A stretch of DNA of 63,890 nt, the filler included, from Dugesia japonica (taxonomy: Eukaryota): NCBI GenBank assembly GCA_001938525.1. It is 6 parts of 6 records of this genome, joined end to end, with 100 filler letters (N's around TTAATTAATTAA, not from the genome) between each part and the next. Parts side by side here need not be neighbours in the genome. Positions count along the whole stretch, not along the records: positions 1 to 11,087 come from MQRL01599061.1; positions 11,188 to 21,648 come from MQRL01608392.1; 4 more parts are not named here. One strand, given 5' to 3'. This document shows, piece after piece, positions 1 through 11,189 of this stretch (position 1 is the stretch's first letter; each line of letters starts with the position of its first letter). A model generated the notes under the pieces. That model saw nothing but the letters and a program-made list of their open reading frames with translations, made no database searches and had not been told where the DNA came from. Position numbers and translations under genes: made by a program.

Positions 1-315
1 CGGATATTTTTGAAAAGTTTAGAAAGCAAGTAATGCAGCAAGATGGTCTTGAAGCCTCCAATTTCGTTTCGATAGCGGCTTTAAGTTAGGCTACGGCTAT
101 TAAATCATGTCCGGAAAAAATAGAGCTTTTACAAGATCCGGAGATGTACTTTTTTTCATTTAACTTGATAACATTCGAGAAAAAAAAATTTTTTTTCCAA
201 AGTAATCGTTTTTTCATGCAAGTATGTATATTTATTCAAAGAATTTACAAATATATCTAATCATCAGCAAATGTAAAAATAATTAATCTGTTATAGCTGT
301 CTAGCTATAATAGAA

Positions 316-790
316 GGTGTAAAAACTGTTCTTCTCTCAGTTTTAACTATGAGGGGTAACAAGTTTTTCGCTAAAAAATTTGAGATGAATCTGTCATTTA
401 TCGAGCTTCCAGAGCTCTCGAAAGCAGTGAAAATTCTCTCTCTTTTTTTAAAGTGTAATAACTGTTCTTCTCAGTTTTATCTATAAGGGGTAATAAGTTT
501 TTGCTTTAAAATTTGNNNNNNNNNNNNNNNNNNNNNNNNNNNNNNNNNNNNNNNNNNNNNNNNNNGTTTTAACTATGAGGGGTAACAAGTTTTTCGCTTT
601 AAAATTTGAGATGAATCTGTCATCGATCGAGCTTCCAGAACTCTCGAAAGCAGTGGAAATTCTCTCTTTTTTTAAAGTGTAAAAACTGCTCTTCTCAGTT
701 TTATCTATGAGGGGTAACAAGTTTTTCGCTTTAAAATTTGACATGATTCTGTCATTGACGGAGTCTCGAGAACTCCTAGAAAGCAGTGAA
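316..790. repeat. Tandem repeat of about 132-135 bp, at least 3.5 copies, interrupted by a gap; subterminal to the Polinton-like end at 1102
   Basis: GAGGGGTAACAAGTTTTTCGCT or a close variant recurs at about 351, 486, 577 and 709, with shared TGAATCTGTCAT and CTCTCGAAAGCAGTG blocks. Confidence 0.85.
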
Positions 791-840
791 ATCTCTTTAA
801 ATTAAAATTAATTAAAATTCAAAACAATTTATAGTAACCA

Positions 841-1102
841 ATGACCTTGACCTACTTTTTTTTGAAATNACCTTGACCTAGTTTATGTTGCTAAGGACGG
901 CTGCCATGGTAACCAATAACCTCGATACCGTTGCTAAGGCGGTTGCCATGGTAACCAATGCTCCAGTTGCCGTTGCTAAGGCGGTTGCCATGGAAACGAC
1001 CTTGACCTGCATTGGTTGCCATGGCAACGGTTACCATAGCAACGGGGGACCCCCCTCCCCCCTTTGACCTACTTTGTCCTCGTGTCCTCCTATCTATCTA
1101 CT
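841..1102. mobile_element. Right terminus (TIR) of a Polinton/adintovirus-like element ending ...GTCCTCCTATCTATCTACT
   Basis: Ends in CTATCTACT, the reverse complement of AGTAGATAG starts at 6437 and 55530. TGACCTTGACCTACTTT (842) is the reverse complement of AAAGTAGGTCAAGGT (about 1520). CCTCGTGTCCTCC resembles TCTCGCGTCCTCC just before the terminus at 38040. Abruptly interrupts a transposase fragment at 1103. Confidence 0.6.
887..1043. promoter_or_regulatory. Dense cluster of RFX X-box palindromes with CCAAT boxes and AGGTCA-type half-sites
   Basis: GCTGCCATGGTAAC 900, GTTGCCATGGTAAC 942, GTTGCCATGGAAAC 984, GTTGCCATGGCAAC 1015, GTTACCATAGCAAC 1030; GTTGCTAAGG half-sites at 887, 930 and 972; CCAAT at 913 and 955, ATTGG at 1011. 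Confidence 0.7.
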
Positions 1103-1202
1103 AAAGTTTTTTAAATTTGATATCCAGCGATCAACAGCTGGATGTTCTTCCCTTATAAACTCTACTACTGTATGTAGTGCATGAACTAAACAAGTAACAT
1201 AC
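1103..1202 (-). pseudogene. Fragment of CGGBP-like/hAT-related transposase
   Basis: YVTCLVHALHTVVEFIREEHPAVDRWISNLKNF matches the HVTCxAHxLHxVAExIRxxxPxVDxLISNxKKxF pattern of CGGBP1-like transposases. Confidence 0.55.
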
Positions 1203-1311
1203 AAGGATGGATCTACAGTGGGGGAATGGGGGAGATTCGCCCCTGCATAACCGAATTTAGAAAACGCTATATAACAACAATGAATGGCAGACACACACGA
1301 ATATTAGTATG

Positions 1312-1600
1312 AGTAGGTAGATCCTAGCGCATTGTACCACTCCCCATGTCAAGGTCAAATTTTTTGAAGGTCGATGGTACATAGTATACTCGATTCTGAT
1401 TGGTCAGTGGTATAGTTTACTCGATTATGATTGGTTGAATTTTTAGAGGTCAAATTATTTCAAAGTCAGTGGTATAGTATACTTGATTATGATTGGTGTA
1501 ATATATCAAGGTTAAATTAAAGTAGGTCAAGGTAATTTCCATGGTAACTATCATCCGGTCAGACTTTCCTGCGCAGATTTAATATTTAAATTCCTCGCGC
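1312..1600 (+). mobile_element. Left terminus of a Polinton-like element (AGTAGGTAGAT...)
   Basis: Homologous to 6437-6620 (TCAAGGTCA, TAGTATACTC, AAAGTAGGTCAAGGT, TTTCCATGG(T/C)AACTAT, CAGACTT); three GATTGG repeats. Confidence 0.55.
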
Positions 1601-2548
1601 AGGCTTATTATTAATATTTATTATTTTATTGTTTCAATTATTATTATTTTTTTGTGTTTTAATTTATTAATTTAATTTGTTTTTTTTAAATTATAATTTT
1701 AACAACTATCAAGTGTATAAAAAATTTACTTTAATTAAACTCTTTCTCTTGATACATCATCCTCCTTGATTTGAATTATTATAATTCTAAAATAAAATTA
1801 ATAGCCATTAAATAATAACAATAAATTTGGATTATCCATTGTTGAGTTCGTACAATTTTGAATCCATAAATATTAGACAAAATGGCAATATTTATTAAAA
1901 TTCAAATTTCTGCTTTTCTACATTCTGCTTTTCTGTATTAAAATATATTATGTAAACAAAATGAATTTGTTTAAAGTATATTTTTAATTTAGAATGTAAT
2001 ATGATTAAACGTCATATTACATCCATCATTAAACTTGTCAAATTCATATTTTTAATATTTTTTTTATTGATCATAACCTAAAAATAATTAATAAATAATA
2101 ATAATGAAAAGTATTTACCTTTTCTTTGCTCAACAATGTTCTCAATATGGTTTTATTATTGTTAATAATCTAAACAATATTTAAAGAGATATAAAAAATA
2201 TCAAACTTACGCATCAAAATTGTAGCTTTTAAAAAAAGTTTTTTTTGAAATTTGTGAAAAATATAATGTCGAGTGTCAAAAGAAATTTTCTATTCTCTTT
2301 GTATGTGTATCATATATTTTCTATCCCCATTTAACTATTTCTATGTGTGTATTAAATTTTTCTATCTCCATTGTATGTGTGTATTATATTATTTCTATAC
2401 CCTTTATAAGTGTGTATCACTAATGTTAAAATACCAAAAAGTAAACTACTTAAAAATATCACAACGTAATATAATTTAAGTGTGTATGTCTAACATTTTT
2501 TTGTCAATTATATATATCTCTAAATAAATTTGTCATTTTACAATAATT

Positions 2549-3098
2549 ATGTATAATAAAATTATTAAAGAAACAGCTTTTGCTATGCTTGAAGATGGTT
2601 TAACGTTTTTGGAAATTTCAAATCGCATGAAAGTATCAATTTCAACTTTATTCAGATGGAAAAATAGAGATCAAATAACAAATAAAAGAAAAACTTCTGA
2701 ACAGTCAACACTTAAGAGGAAATTAAGAAAGATGATAAAACCCAATAAACCGATTAAACTCAACATCAAATTATGCATAATACATACAGAAAATTAAAAA
2801 TACAAATGCATAAAAATACAAATGCACAATGTAACACGTATATTTACACTGTTCATAAAATTAACCATAATATATTCAATAATGATTGATTAATAGAGAT
2901 CAAATAACAAATAAAAGAAAAACTTCTGAACAGTCAACACTTCAGAGCAAATTAAGAAAGATGATGAAACCCAAAATGAAAACCGAAATGAATAAAAGTA
3001 TTCCTGTTAGAGATCCAAAAGAAGAAAGACAATTTCATGTCTTCAATGACGATTATCCTTTTTTATTCGAGTATGAGAAACCTTATTTCATCAAATGA
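2549..3098 (+). pseudogene. Small helix-turn-helix protein disrupted by an internal duplication/insertion
   Basis: GLTFLEISNRMKVSISTLFRWK is an HTH pattern. NRDQITNKRKTSEQSTL is encoded twice (about 2663 and 2892). The intervening 2745-2893 is a copy of 3559-3709. Confidence 0.5.
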
Positions 3099-3289
3099 TG
3101 AGAGGAAATCAATGCAAAACCATGCATGGTATTATTCCTACATCGAAAGAAACAATAAATATTGATATTTTTGAACCTGCATATTCAATTATAAGGTAAT
3201 TATTTGATGTTAATTTCAGAGATAAAAATAAAATGTATAATAATTTGAATTTGTCATTTAATAAATGTTAATTTCAAATGTCGTTTTTG

Positions 3290-6200
3290 TTATATAATGG
3301 TTTATATGATTATTTAAATTTTTTCTAAGGTTTTATAGTGACTGATAATCAATTTATAACCAATCTATATATTGTAAATATAAGGTTTTATATGATATTC
3401 ATACGATTTTTAAATATTTTGTATATGATTTTGTATGGTTTTTACAGGGTACACATAGAATAATTTAAAGGTTTTGATATATTCCTATGGGGTAATTTAA
3501 AGTTTATAGTCTTATAGATCATTTAGGGTTATTATAGTATTTAGACACGATAAAATCAAATAAACCAATTAAACTCAACATAAATTATTCATAATACATA
3601 CAGAAAATTAAATATACAAATGCATAGACTAAATAAATACACAATTTAACACGTATATTTACACTGTTCATACAATTAACCATAATATATTCAATAATGA
3701 TTGATTAATAAGCAAAATTGTAGGTTTTTATATGATTTTCATAAGTTTAATAGGGTTTTTTATAGTTTTATTTATGTATTTTTATATACTTTTATTTGGT
3801 TTTTATGTTTTTATATGGTTAATTTAAGGCTTATTGCGGTTTTATATAGTTTTATAAAGTTTTATATAATCTTATTAAATATTATCCATTTTATAATAGA
3901 TGTTAATCACATAATAAAGAACTAATACATACATACACACACGCATAATGAATCATATACGCACAAAATGAAACCTATACATGCATAATTAACAATACAC
4001 GCTCAACAAACCATGAATCATACCTATACAACACAAATACCAGTCAAACAAAGACATTACAACACGAGTGCAACTAGAACAAAGAGCATAAGTCATACTT
4101 NNNNNNNNNNNNNNNNNNNNNNNNNNNNNNNNNNNNNNNNNNNNNNNNNNNNNNNNNNNNNNNNNNNNNNNNNNNNNNNNNNNNNNNNNNNNNNNNNNNN
4201 NNNNNNNNNNNNNNNNNNNNNNNNNNNNNNNNNNNNNNNNNNNNNNNNNNNNNNNNNNNNNNNNNNNNNNNNNNNNNNNNNNNNNNNNNNNNNNNNNNNN
4301 NNNNNNNNNNAATGTATTTATATGGGACTTATATGGTTATAATATGGTTTTCTAAGGTAATTATAGGGTTATAATAGAGTTTTATATGATTGATGGGTTT
4401 TTATATCTTTTAATAGGGTTTTATATGTTTCTCTAAGGTATTTAAATGGTATTTATATGATTTAATTTGTTATTATATTGCTTTTTATATGGATTTTATA
4501 AGAATTATAAGATTTTTATAGAGTAAATATAGGGNNNNNNNNNNNNNNNNNNNNNNNNNNNNNNNNNNNNNNNNNNNNNNNNNNTTTATAAGAATTATAA
4601 GATTTTTATAGAGTAAATATAGGGTTTTATATGTTCTTATTATGCTTTTATCGGGTTTTATATGGTAATTATCTATGTTTTATAAGGTAATCATAGGTTT
4701 TGATAGAGTAATTATATCATTTTTTATGAGCTTATTAATCAATTCTTTTAAAATTACATATATTTCAATGAAAAGTTACTAGATGTCATGTAATNNNNNN
4801 NNNNNNNNNNNNNNNNNNNNNNNNNNNNNNNNNNNNNNNNNNNNAATCAATTCTTTTAAAATTACATATATTTCAATGAAAAGTTACTAGATGTCATGTA
4901 ATTATTTCAAAAGATTTATCAGAGATACGGTAATTATTTCAAAAAGTTACCAGAGATCTGGTAGTTCATTCTAAAAGTTACTAGATGTCACAAACATTTT
5001 CAAATTCCCATGTAAAACATAGGGAAAATAACTGAAAGATTTACTAGATATCCGAAATATTTCAAAGTTACCAGAGGTTCGTTAATTTTTGTAAAAAGTT
5101 GCCAGAGGTCCTTAAAATATTTTTAAAAAGTTACCTAATATCATGTAATTATTTCTAAATATTTACTCTATGTTCCTGAAAAGTTACTAGAGTTAGAAAA
5201 TCTAATACATTCATTAAAATCATGAAATAAACCAAATGCACTCAATGAAACAATTAACAGCATACATTCAATAATTACATCATATAAACGAAAATATTTC
5301 AAAGAAATCTATATATTAAATATATTCAGTACATTCATATACACATTAATATACTTAATCTACACAATTTATAAATCATTTTATTAATAAAATATGCAAA
5401 GTTCATTCAAAGTTTCATAGATTTACATATACATTTGATTAAAAATAATTTACAAACTAGAATATGTTTTCTATAGGCTTTATAGGATAATTATTGGGTT
5501 TTATAAGGTAATTATATAGTAATTATATGGTTTCTTTAATGTATTTATAAGGTTTTATTAGGTTTATAAGGTAATTATATGGTTTTATATGTTCTTATAG
5601 TGTTTTTTATTGGATTTTTTAGTTTTTATAGGGTCTTATATGGTAATTATATGGTTTTATTTTCTATTTATATGGTTTCTTTATTGGATTTATAAGTTAA
5701 TTATACGGCTTTTATTGGATTTTTATGGGATCTTATGGGGTATATTTAAGATTTGTAATGTTTTTTATAGGATTTTATATGAGCTCATTGATTAAATATT
5801 TCGAAATGACATTTACATCTATGTAATCATTTCAACAGAGTCTAATACAAAAAACCTAATAGAGCTTCATACATAGTAAATTAATCGAATCTTATACATA
5901 TGAAACCAATAAGGACTTGTACACAATAAAACCAATGTGATCTTATACATAAAATAAACTAAATAGAGTAATGTAATACACACAATTAACATAATATAGT
6001 CATATAATACGCATAATATGTTCTATATATTCATATAATATACACAATAAACTCAATATAATGACATAATGCATGAAATGCACAAAATAATGCCATAAAT
6101 TACACCCAGTAATGTCAAATAATAAACCCAATAAAGTCACTTAAATACACACAATATACTCTATAAAATATAAAAATTTTAAAAATCACATAGAAGTCAA

Positions 6201-9200
6201 CAAAAAATTTCAATTTCCTATGTACACCAATAGGAAAAAATTTCAAAAATTGCATAGAAGACCGCAAGAAATTTTAAAAATTATATAAGTCGGTTAAATT
6301 TTCAAAAAATTACATAGAGTCGGTAAAATTTTATAATAAAAAAAATTTGAAAAAGTAAAAATAAATTGTTAACAGTGAAAAATTAATTTTAACAATTAAT
6401 TTTGCAACACTAAATAAAAATAATGTCAATCACAAAAGTAGATAGATACTGGCGCACTAGATCAACCCCCTCCCCGGAGAAGAAAATTTTTCAAGGTCAT
6501 TGATCTAGTATACTCAATTTTTAATAGTGGATTATTTCAAGATCGAATAATTGTAGGTCAAGGTTAAATAAAAGTAGTTAAAGGTTATTTCCATGGCAAC
6601 TATAATCTGGACAGACTTCATATTTAAATCCTACCATTATTTAAACTTACCATATTTGTTGAAATATTTACCTTGAATTCATTCTGTTAGTATCTAAAAT
6701 TTAAAAAACACATTAAAATAAATTAACAAATAAATATTTACTTATTTTATAATAGATTTTTCAAGGTCATCTACCGTTTTACTTATTAAACTCAGTTAAA
6801 CAAAAAATATAATATAATATAATTTCCATATAATAATAATTAATTATAAATCATTTTTAATTTAAAATACTTAAACAAAACATAATTTAATATTAATTTA
6901 AAATTTATTAATTAAAAGCTTATTAATTAAAATCTTATGAACTTTAAAAACATTTTCAAACCAATATAACCTTAAAACTTTTAAAGAATATATAAAAATA
7001 TATAGATAACCTATAAAATCACATAATATTCTAAAGAAACCAACATTAAAACTTTGATTTATAGTGCATTTTATTGTTTCCATTGCATTAATGTTGCAAA
7101 AATAGGACTCATGTTCTTTGTTTAATTGAATTCCTGTTGCATTTTCTTTGTTATAGTGTCATTAGTGTTGCATTTTCCTTGTTATAGTTAAATTTATATT
7201 TTAATGTTTAATTATTTATTTAATTGTTTTTTTAATAAATGATTGAATTTTGTGGAAATTGTAAAATTTGTTTTACTTTTGTTTTTTTGTTTAAATTTTC
7301 TTTTTTTATTCTTATATATTTATATTTTATTTATTTATTTATTTTTTGAAAAATGTTTTATTTTTTTTGTTTTAATAAATGGTAAATTTTTGTAGAAATT
7401 GTAAAATTTGTTTTACTTTTGTGTTTTTTTGTTCAAATTATCTCTTTTTCTTATATTTTTTTTGTTTTAATAAATGGCTGATTTTTGTAGAAATTGTAAA
7501 ATTTGTTTTAATTGTGTTTTTTGAAATTTTTTTTTAAAATTTTTTTCTGGTGGGTAATTTTATGCCATTTTTAAAATATTTTGTCGACTTCTATGAAATT
7601 TTAAAAATTTTTTAAAGACTTCAATGCAATTTTTGAAAAATTTTCCCATTGGTTTACATAGAAATTTTAAAATATTATTATCAATTATTTCCTTATCAAT
7701 AATATCATCATTTAGTTGAGTATCCTCCATCTCTTTCTCTGTTGATGCCTCTATTTCAATTATTTCTGCATCATTTCCTTGAAAATCATCTACTATAAAA
7801 TAACGATTTAGATTAATAATAGTTATTATTATTACCTTGAATCGATGAAGTTATTTGTTCAATCATATCGTCTGAAATATTATACAAATCCATTAATAAT
7901 CAGTTAAGTTTATATTAGTCCTTTGTATATCTTACATTTTCAATGATTAACATGTATTTATGATGCCCCCATGGATTAATATGTATAAAATATTTTAATA
8001 TTTCCTCGGGAACAATTAATATTAATATTTTAAATAGATGAGTATATTTGTTGTATAATGTGTATTTTATGACTCTATTTGGTTTATTGCATGTATTTAC
8101 CTGTATTTATAGGGGTTTTTGTATCTTTTAACTAGTTTAATTGATGTATTTGTATGTATTGAATGTAATTAGGTTTATTGTGAGTGTATTATATGAAATT
8201 ATTACGGTTATTGTATATATTATTTGACTATATCGAGTTAATTGTATGTATTATATGACTATTGGATATATTGTGTGTATACAAATGATTTTATTTGGTT
8301 AAATATATGTATTATATGACATTATTTCGTGTATTATGCGTATTATATGACATTATTTTATATATTGTGGTTACTATAGTGTATATTGTATGTACTATGT
8401 GAATATATAGAGAATATTATGTATGCATTATATATAATTACAATTATTGTGAGAATAATTGTTGGACTTAACCATTGATCGGATTTGAGATTTCATTAAA
8501 NNNNNNNNNNNNNNNNNNNNNNNNNNNNNNNNNNNNNNNNNNNNNNNNNNNNNNNNNNNNNNNNNNNNNNNNNNNNNNNNNNNNNNNNNNNNNNNNNNNN
8601 NNNNNNNNNNNNNNNNNNNNNNNNNNNNNNNNNNNNNNNNNNNNNNNNNNNNNNNNNNNNNNNNNNNNNNNNNNNNNNNNNNNNNNNNNNNNNNNNNNNN
8701 NNNNNNNNNNNNNTATATAACATTATTGGGCGTATTGTATGTATTATATGATATTATTTCATGTAATATATGAATATAAGGTAAATTTTATGTATTTAAG
8801 TGACTATATTGAGTTTATTGTATGTATTATTTATTTTTTTAGGTTTATTGGATGTATTATATGAATATATAGAATATATTGTATGCATTTATATGACTTT
8901 AATGGGTTAATTATATGTATTATAGAACATTATTAGGTGTAATTTATAACATTATTTAATGTATTGTTTGTATAATAAGGTGTATTGTGTGTATTATATC
9001 ATTATAATGTGTTAATTGCGTGTATTATATGACTTTATAGATTTTAATGTGTAATATAAGAACTAATTGAGTTTAATGTATGAATCCATTGACTTTATAT
9101 AGTTTATTGTGTATATAATATCCACTGGTTTACTATATATGAAGCTCTATTGAGTTTTTTGTTAGACTCTATGTTATTTTTGTAAAATAATATACATCTA

Positions 9201-9830
9201 TGTGATGTTTAAAAATATTGCATAGACATATATGCTATGTTTGAGAATATAACATAGACATCTATGTTATGCTTGAAAATATTATTATATGTTTATGTAA
9301 TTTATCTATGCAATTTATATAAACTTTATGCAATTTATGTAAACTACAAAATTTTATAAAAACCTTACTTTTCCTTATTATTTGACCTTTTGTTTACTTA
9401 CTTGCAAACCTATAATGAATTGTCTTTGTTAACTTGTAAAAGTATAACTCATGCTCTTTGTTCTAGTTGCACTTGTGTAACAATGTCTTTGGTTGACTTG
9501 AATTTGTGATATAGAGGTATCACTCATACCCTTTTTAAACATGTATTTGTGTATGTGTGTATATATTGGCTCATTATATGTGTATTAATTTATTATGTAA
9601 TAAAAATCAAATATAAGTTCGAAAATATTTTATAAGACCATAAAATCATAAAAAACAGTATAATGATATATGAAACCCAATAGGATTATATAAAATCCTA
9701 AAAATACATAATGAATCATTATAAAAACCCTTTAGACTCCTATAAGAATCAATATAGAAACCTTAAATAAACCTATTAGAATATATAGAAAATAAATATA
9801 AATATTAGTATAAACATATGTTTATGTATT
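3290..9830. repeat. Patchwork of degenerate strand-asymmetric minisatellites arranged as a large imperfect inverted repeat
   Basis: GGTTTTATA-rich, ACACAAT-rich and about 31-bp AAAAGTTACTAGA blocks. Inverted matches: 4013-4100 with 9441-9527; 5836-5880 with 9128-9172; about 6185-6260 with 7585-7670. Confidence 0.65.
6437..6625 (+). mobile_element. Second left terminus of the same Polinton-like family (AGTAGATAGATACTGGCGCA)
   Basis: Homology to 1312-1570, including the X-box-like TTTCCATGGCAAC at 6588-6600. Confidence 0.55.
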
Positions 9831-9837
9831 TATTTAA

Positions 9838-10164
9838 ATGAAAATAAATTTCGAAAGAAGTATTAAATTTTTTACTGTTTTGATTAAATCGCCTAACGTG
9901 TTGAGAATGAAAATTCTACAGGCGTTGCCAACCTATGTTGTTGAGGATTTGGTAGACATTATCAAAGGTTTTGTTAGTGGGAATATAACTACAAGTAGGA
10001 CTCAAAAGGATGCATTGAATAAATATAAAAGACCTATATTATCACTTGTAAATTCAAAGAGTAGAAGATTAACGAGAAAGATTATGCATGATCAAGAAGG
10101 TGGTTTTATATCAGTACTTCTACCAATTTTATTATACTCATTAGACGTGAGTTATCTCGAATAA
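9838..10164 (+). CDS. Polinton/adintovirus-type small basic protein with QxGGF-amphipathic tail (putative virion core or membrane-active precursor)
   Basis: LNKYKRPILSLVNSKSRRLTRKIMHDQEGGFISVLLP resembles the conserved LxKYKxxIRxL...RKIxxQxGGFLxxLL ORF of Polintons/adintoviruses; xGG-F resembles an adenain cleavage site. Confidence 0.6.
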   Translation: MKINFERSIKFFTVLIKSPNVLRMKILQALPTYVVEDLVDIIKGFVSGNITTSRTQKDALNKYKRPILSLVNSKSRRLTRKIMHDQEGGFISVLLPILLYSLDVSYLE

Positions 10165-11087
10165 TGTATGTCCCCGAGCGCCAGACAATGGGGCGCCAAA
10201 ATGGGGTTTGAAATATTTGTATTGTGTATTTTTTGTACCGTTTTAATATGATATCTATCAAGATTGAAGGTTCGTCACTCTCTTGCGGTCAACTTTTTGT
10301 TATGCATTATCAATCTTATTGTATGAATTTAATATTGCTAAACCTAGTCGATAAACTACAGATTTCTTAACCTATGACCAGAAAAATACATCTTATTTGT
10401 ATATCGGCCAATCGGATTGTATGCACAGTGCTATACTAGTGGCCTATTACTGACTACTCGGAAATCGAAAGAGACACAAATATAATCAGATACGCTCAGC
10501 AGTCAGCAGCAACTAAAAGCTTCGCCTGCATCCAGGCTACAAATTCGTTCTGTATTAATCAGTGAGACATAGAAAGTAATCCAAGTTCCAACACATATAG
10601 GAGTGGATGCAGGCAGCTGGGAAGGAACTGGGCTTGACATACTTGGCATCAGATTTGGCAGTGAACTCGTGCATCCCAACGTGTGTGCTGCAGTCGCGGG
10701 CCCACGGCCAGTCACTGTGGTGAACCTTAGACCAGCATTTGTCATAAGAATTTGCTAGAATTACATGCATATTTATCGTCTGTATGAAAATTGACAATTT
10801 TCAAAATTAATTATAGTATTGATATTCCAAAAAATAAATAGTACATAATATTATTTATATAATAATAATAGTCATATTATTCATGTTTGGTAGAAAACTA
10901 AGTGGAGCGCAAAGCTGTAAGATGAAGAAAAATGCTGAGCAAGCAGAAAAGAAATCCAGTGAATTATTCAAAAACTTTTTTAAAAACGCTAAGTCAGACA
11001 AATCTGAGTCAGAATTCATTTTATTTTTATTTCTTTATTTAAAATTAAACGTTTACACCTAACAGTAGTAGTAGTAGTAGTTAGGGT

Positions 11088-11187
11088 NNNNNNNNNNNNN
11101 NNNNNNNNNNNNNNNNNNNNNNNNNNNNNNNTTAATTAATTAANNNNNNNNNNNNNNNNNNNNNNNNNNNNNNNNNNNNNNNNNNNN
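11088..11187. other. Artificial contig-joining linker (44N-TTAATTAATTAA-44N); identical linkers at 21649-21748, 30488-30587, 45712-45811 and 55626-55725
   Basis: The same 100-bp structure with a six-frame stop 12-mer occurs five times. Confidence 0.97.
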
Positions 11188-11189
11188 TA

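Noticed and set aside
316-790. CRISPR-like regular repeats
   Set aside because: The whole unit repeats without unique spacers, and the context is eukaryotic.
885-1067. ORF with AVAKAVAMVTN repeats
   Set aside because: By-product of the repeated X-box DNA motifs; no evidence of coding.
4494-4902. Exact direct duplications (4494-4534/4585-4625 and 4737-4793/4845-4902)
   Set aside because: Each pair flanks an N gap, indicating unmerged contig overlaps.
10170-11040. Possible left end of a hAT element (KLSGAQ-like start at about 10900)
   Set aside because: Too short and degenerate, and truncated by the contig end.
11064-11087. AGTAGTAGT...TTAGGG as a telomere or Polinton end
   Set aside because: A single TTAGGG and a short microsatellite at a contig edge; insufficient evidence.
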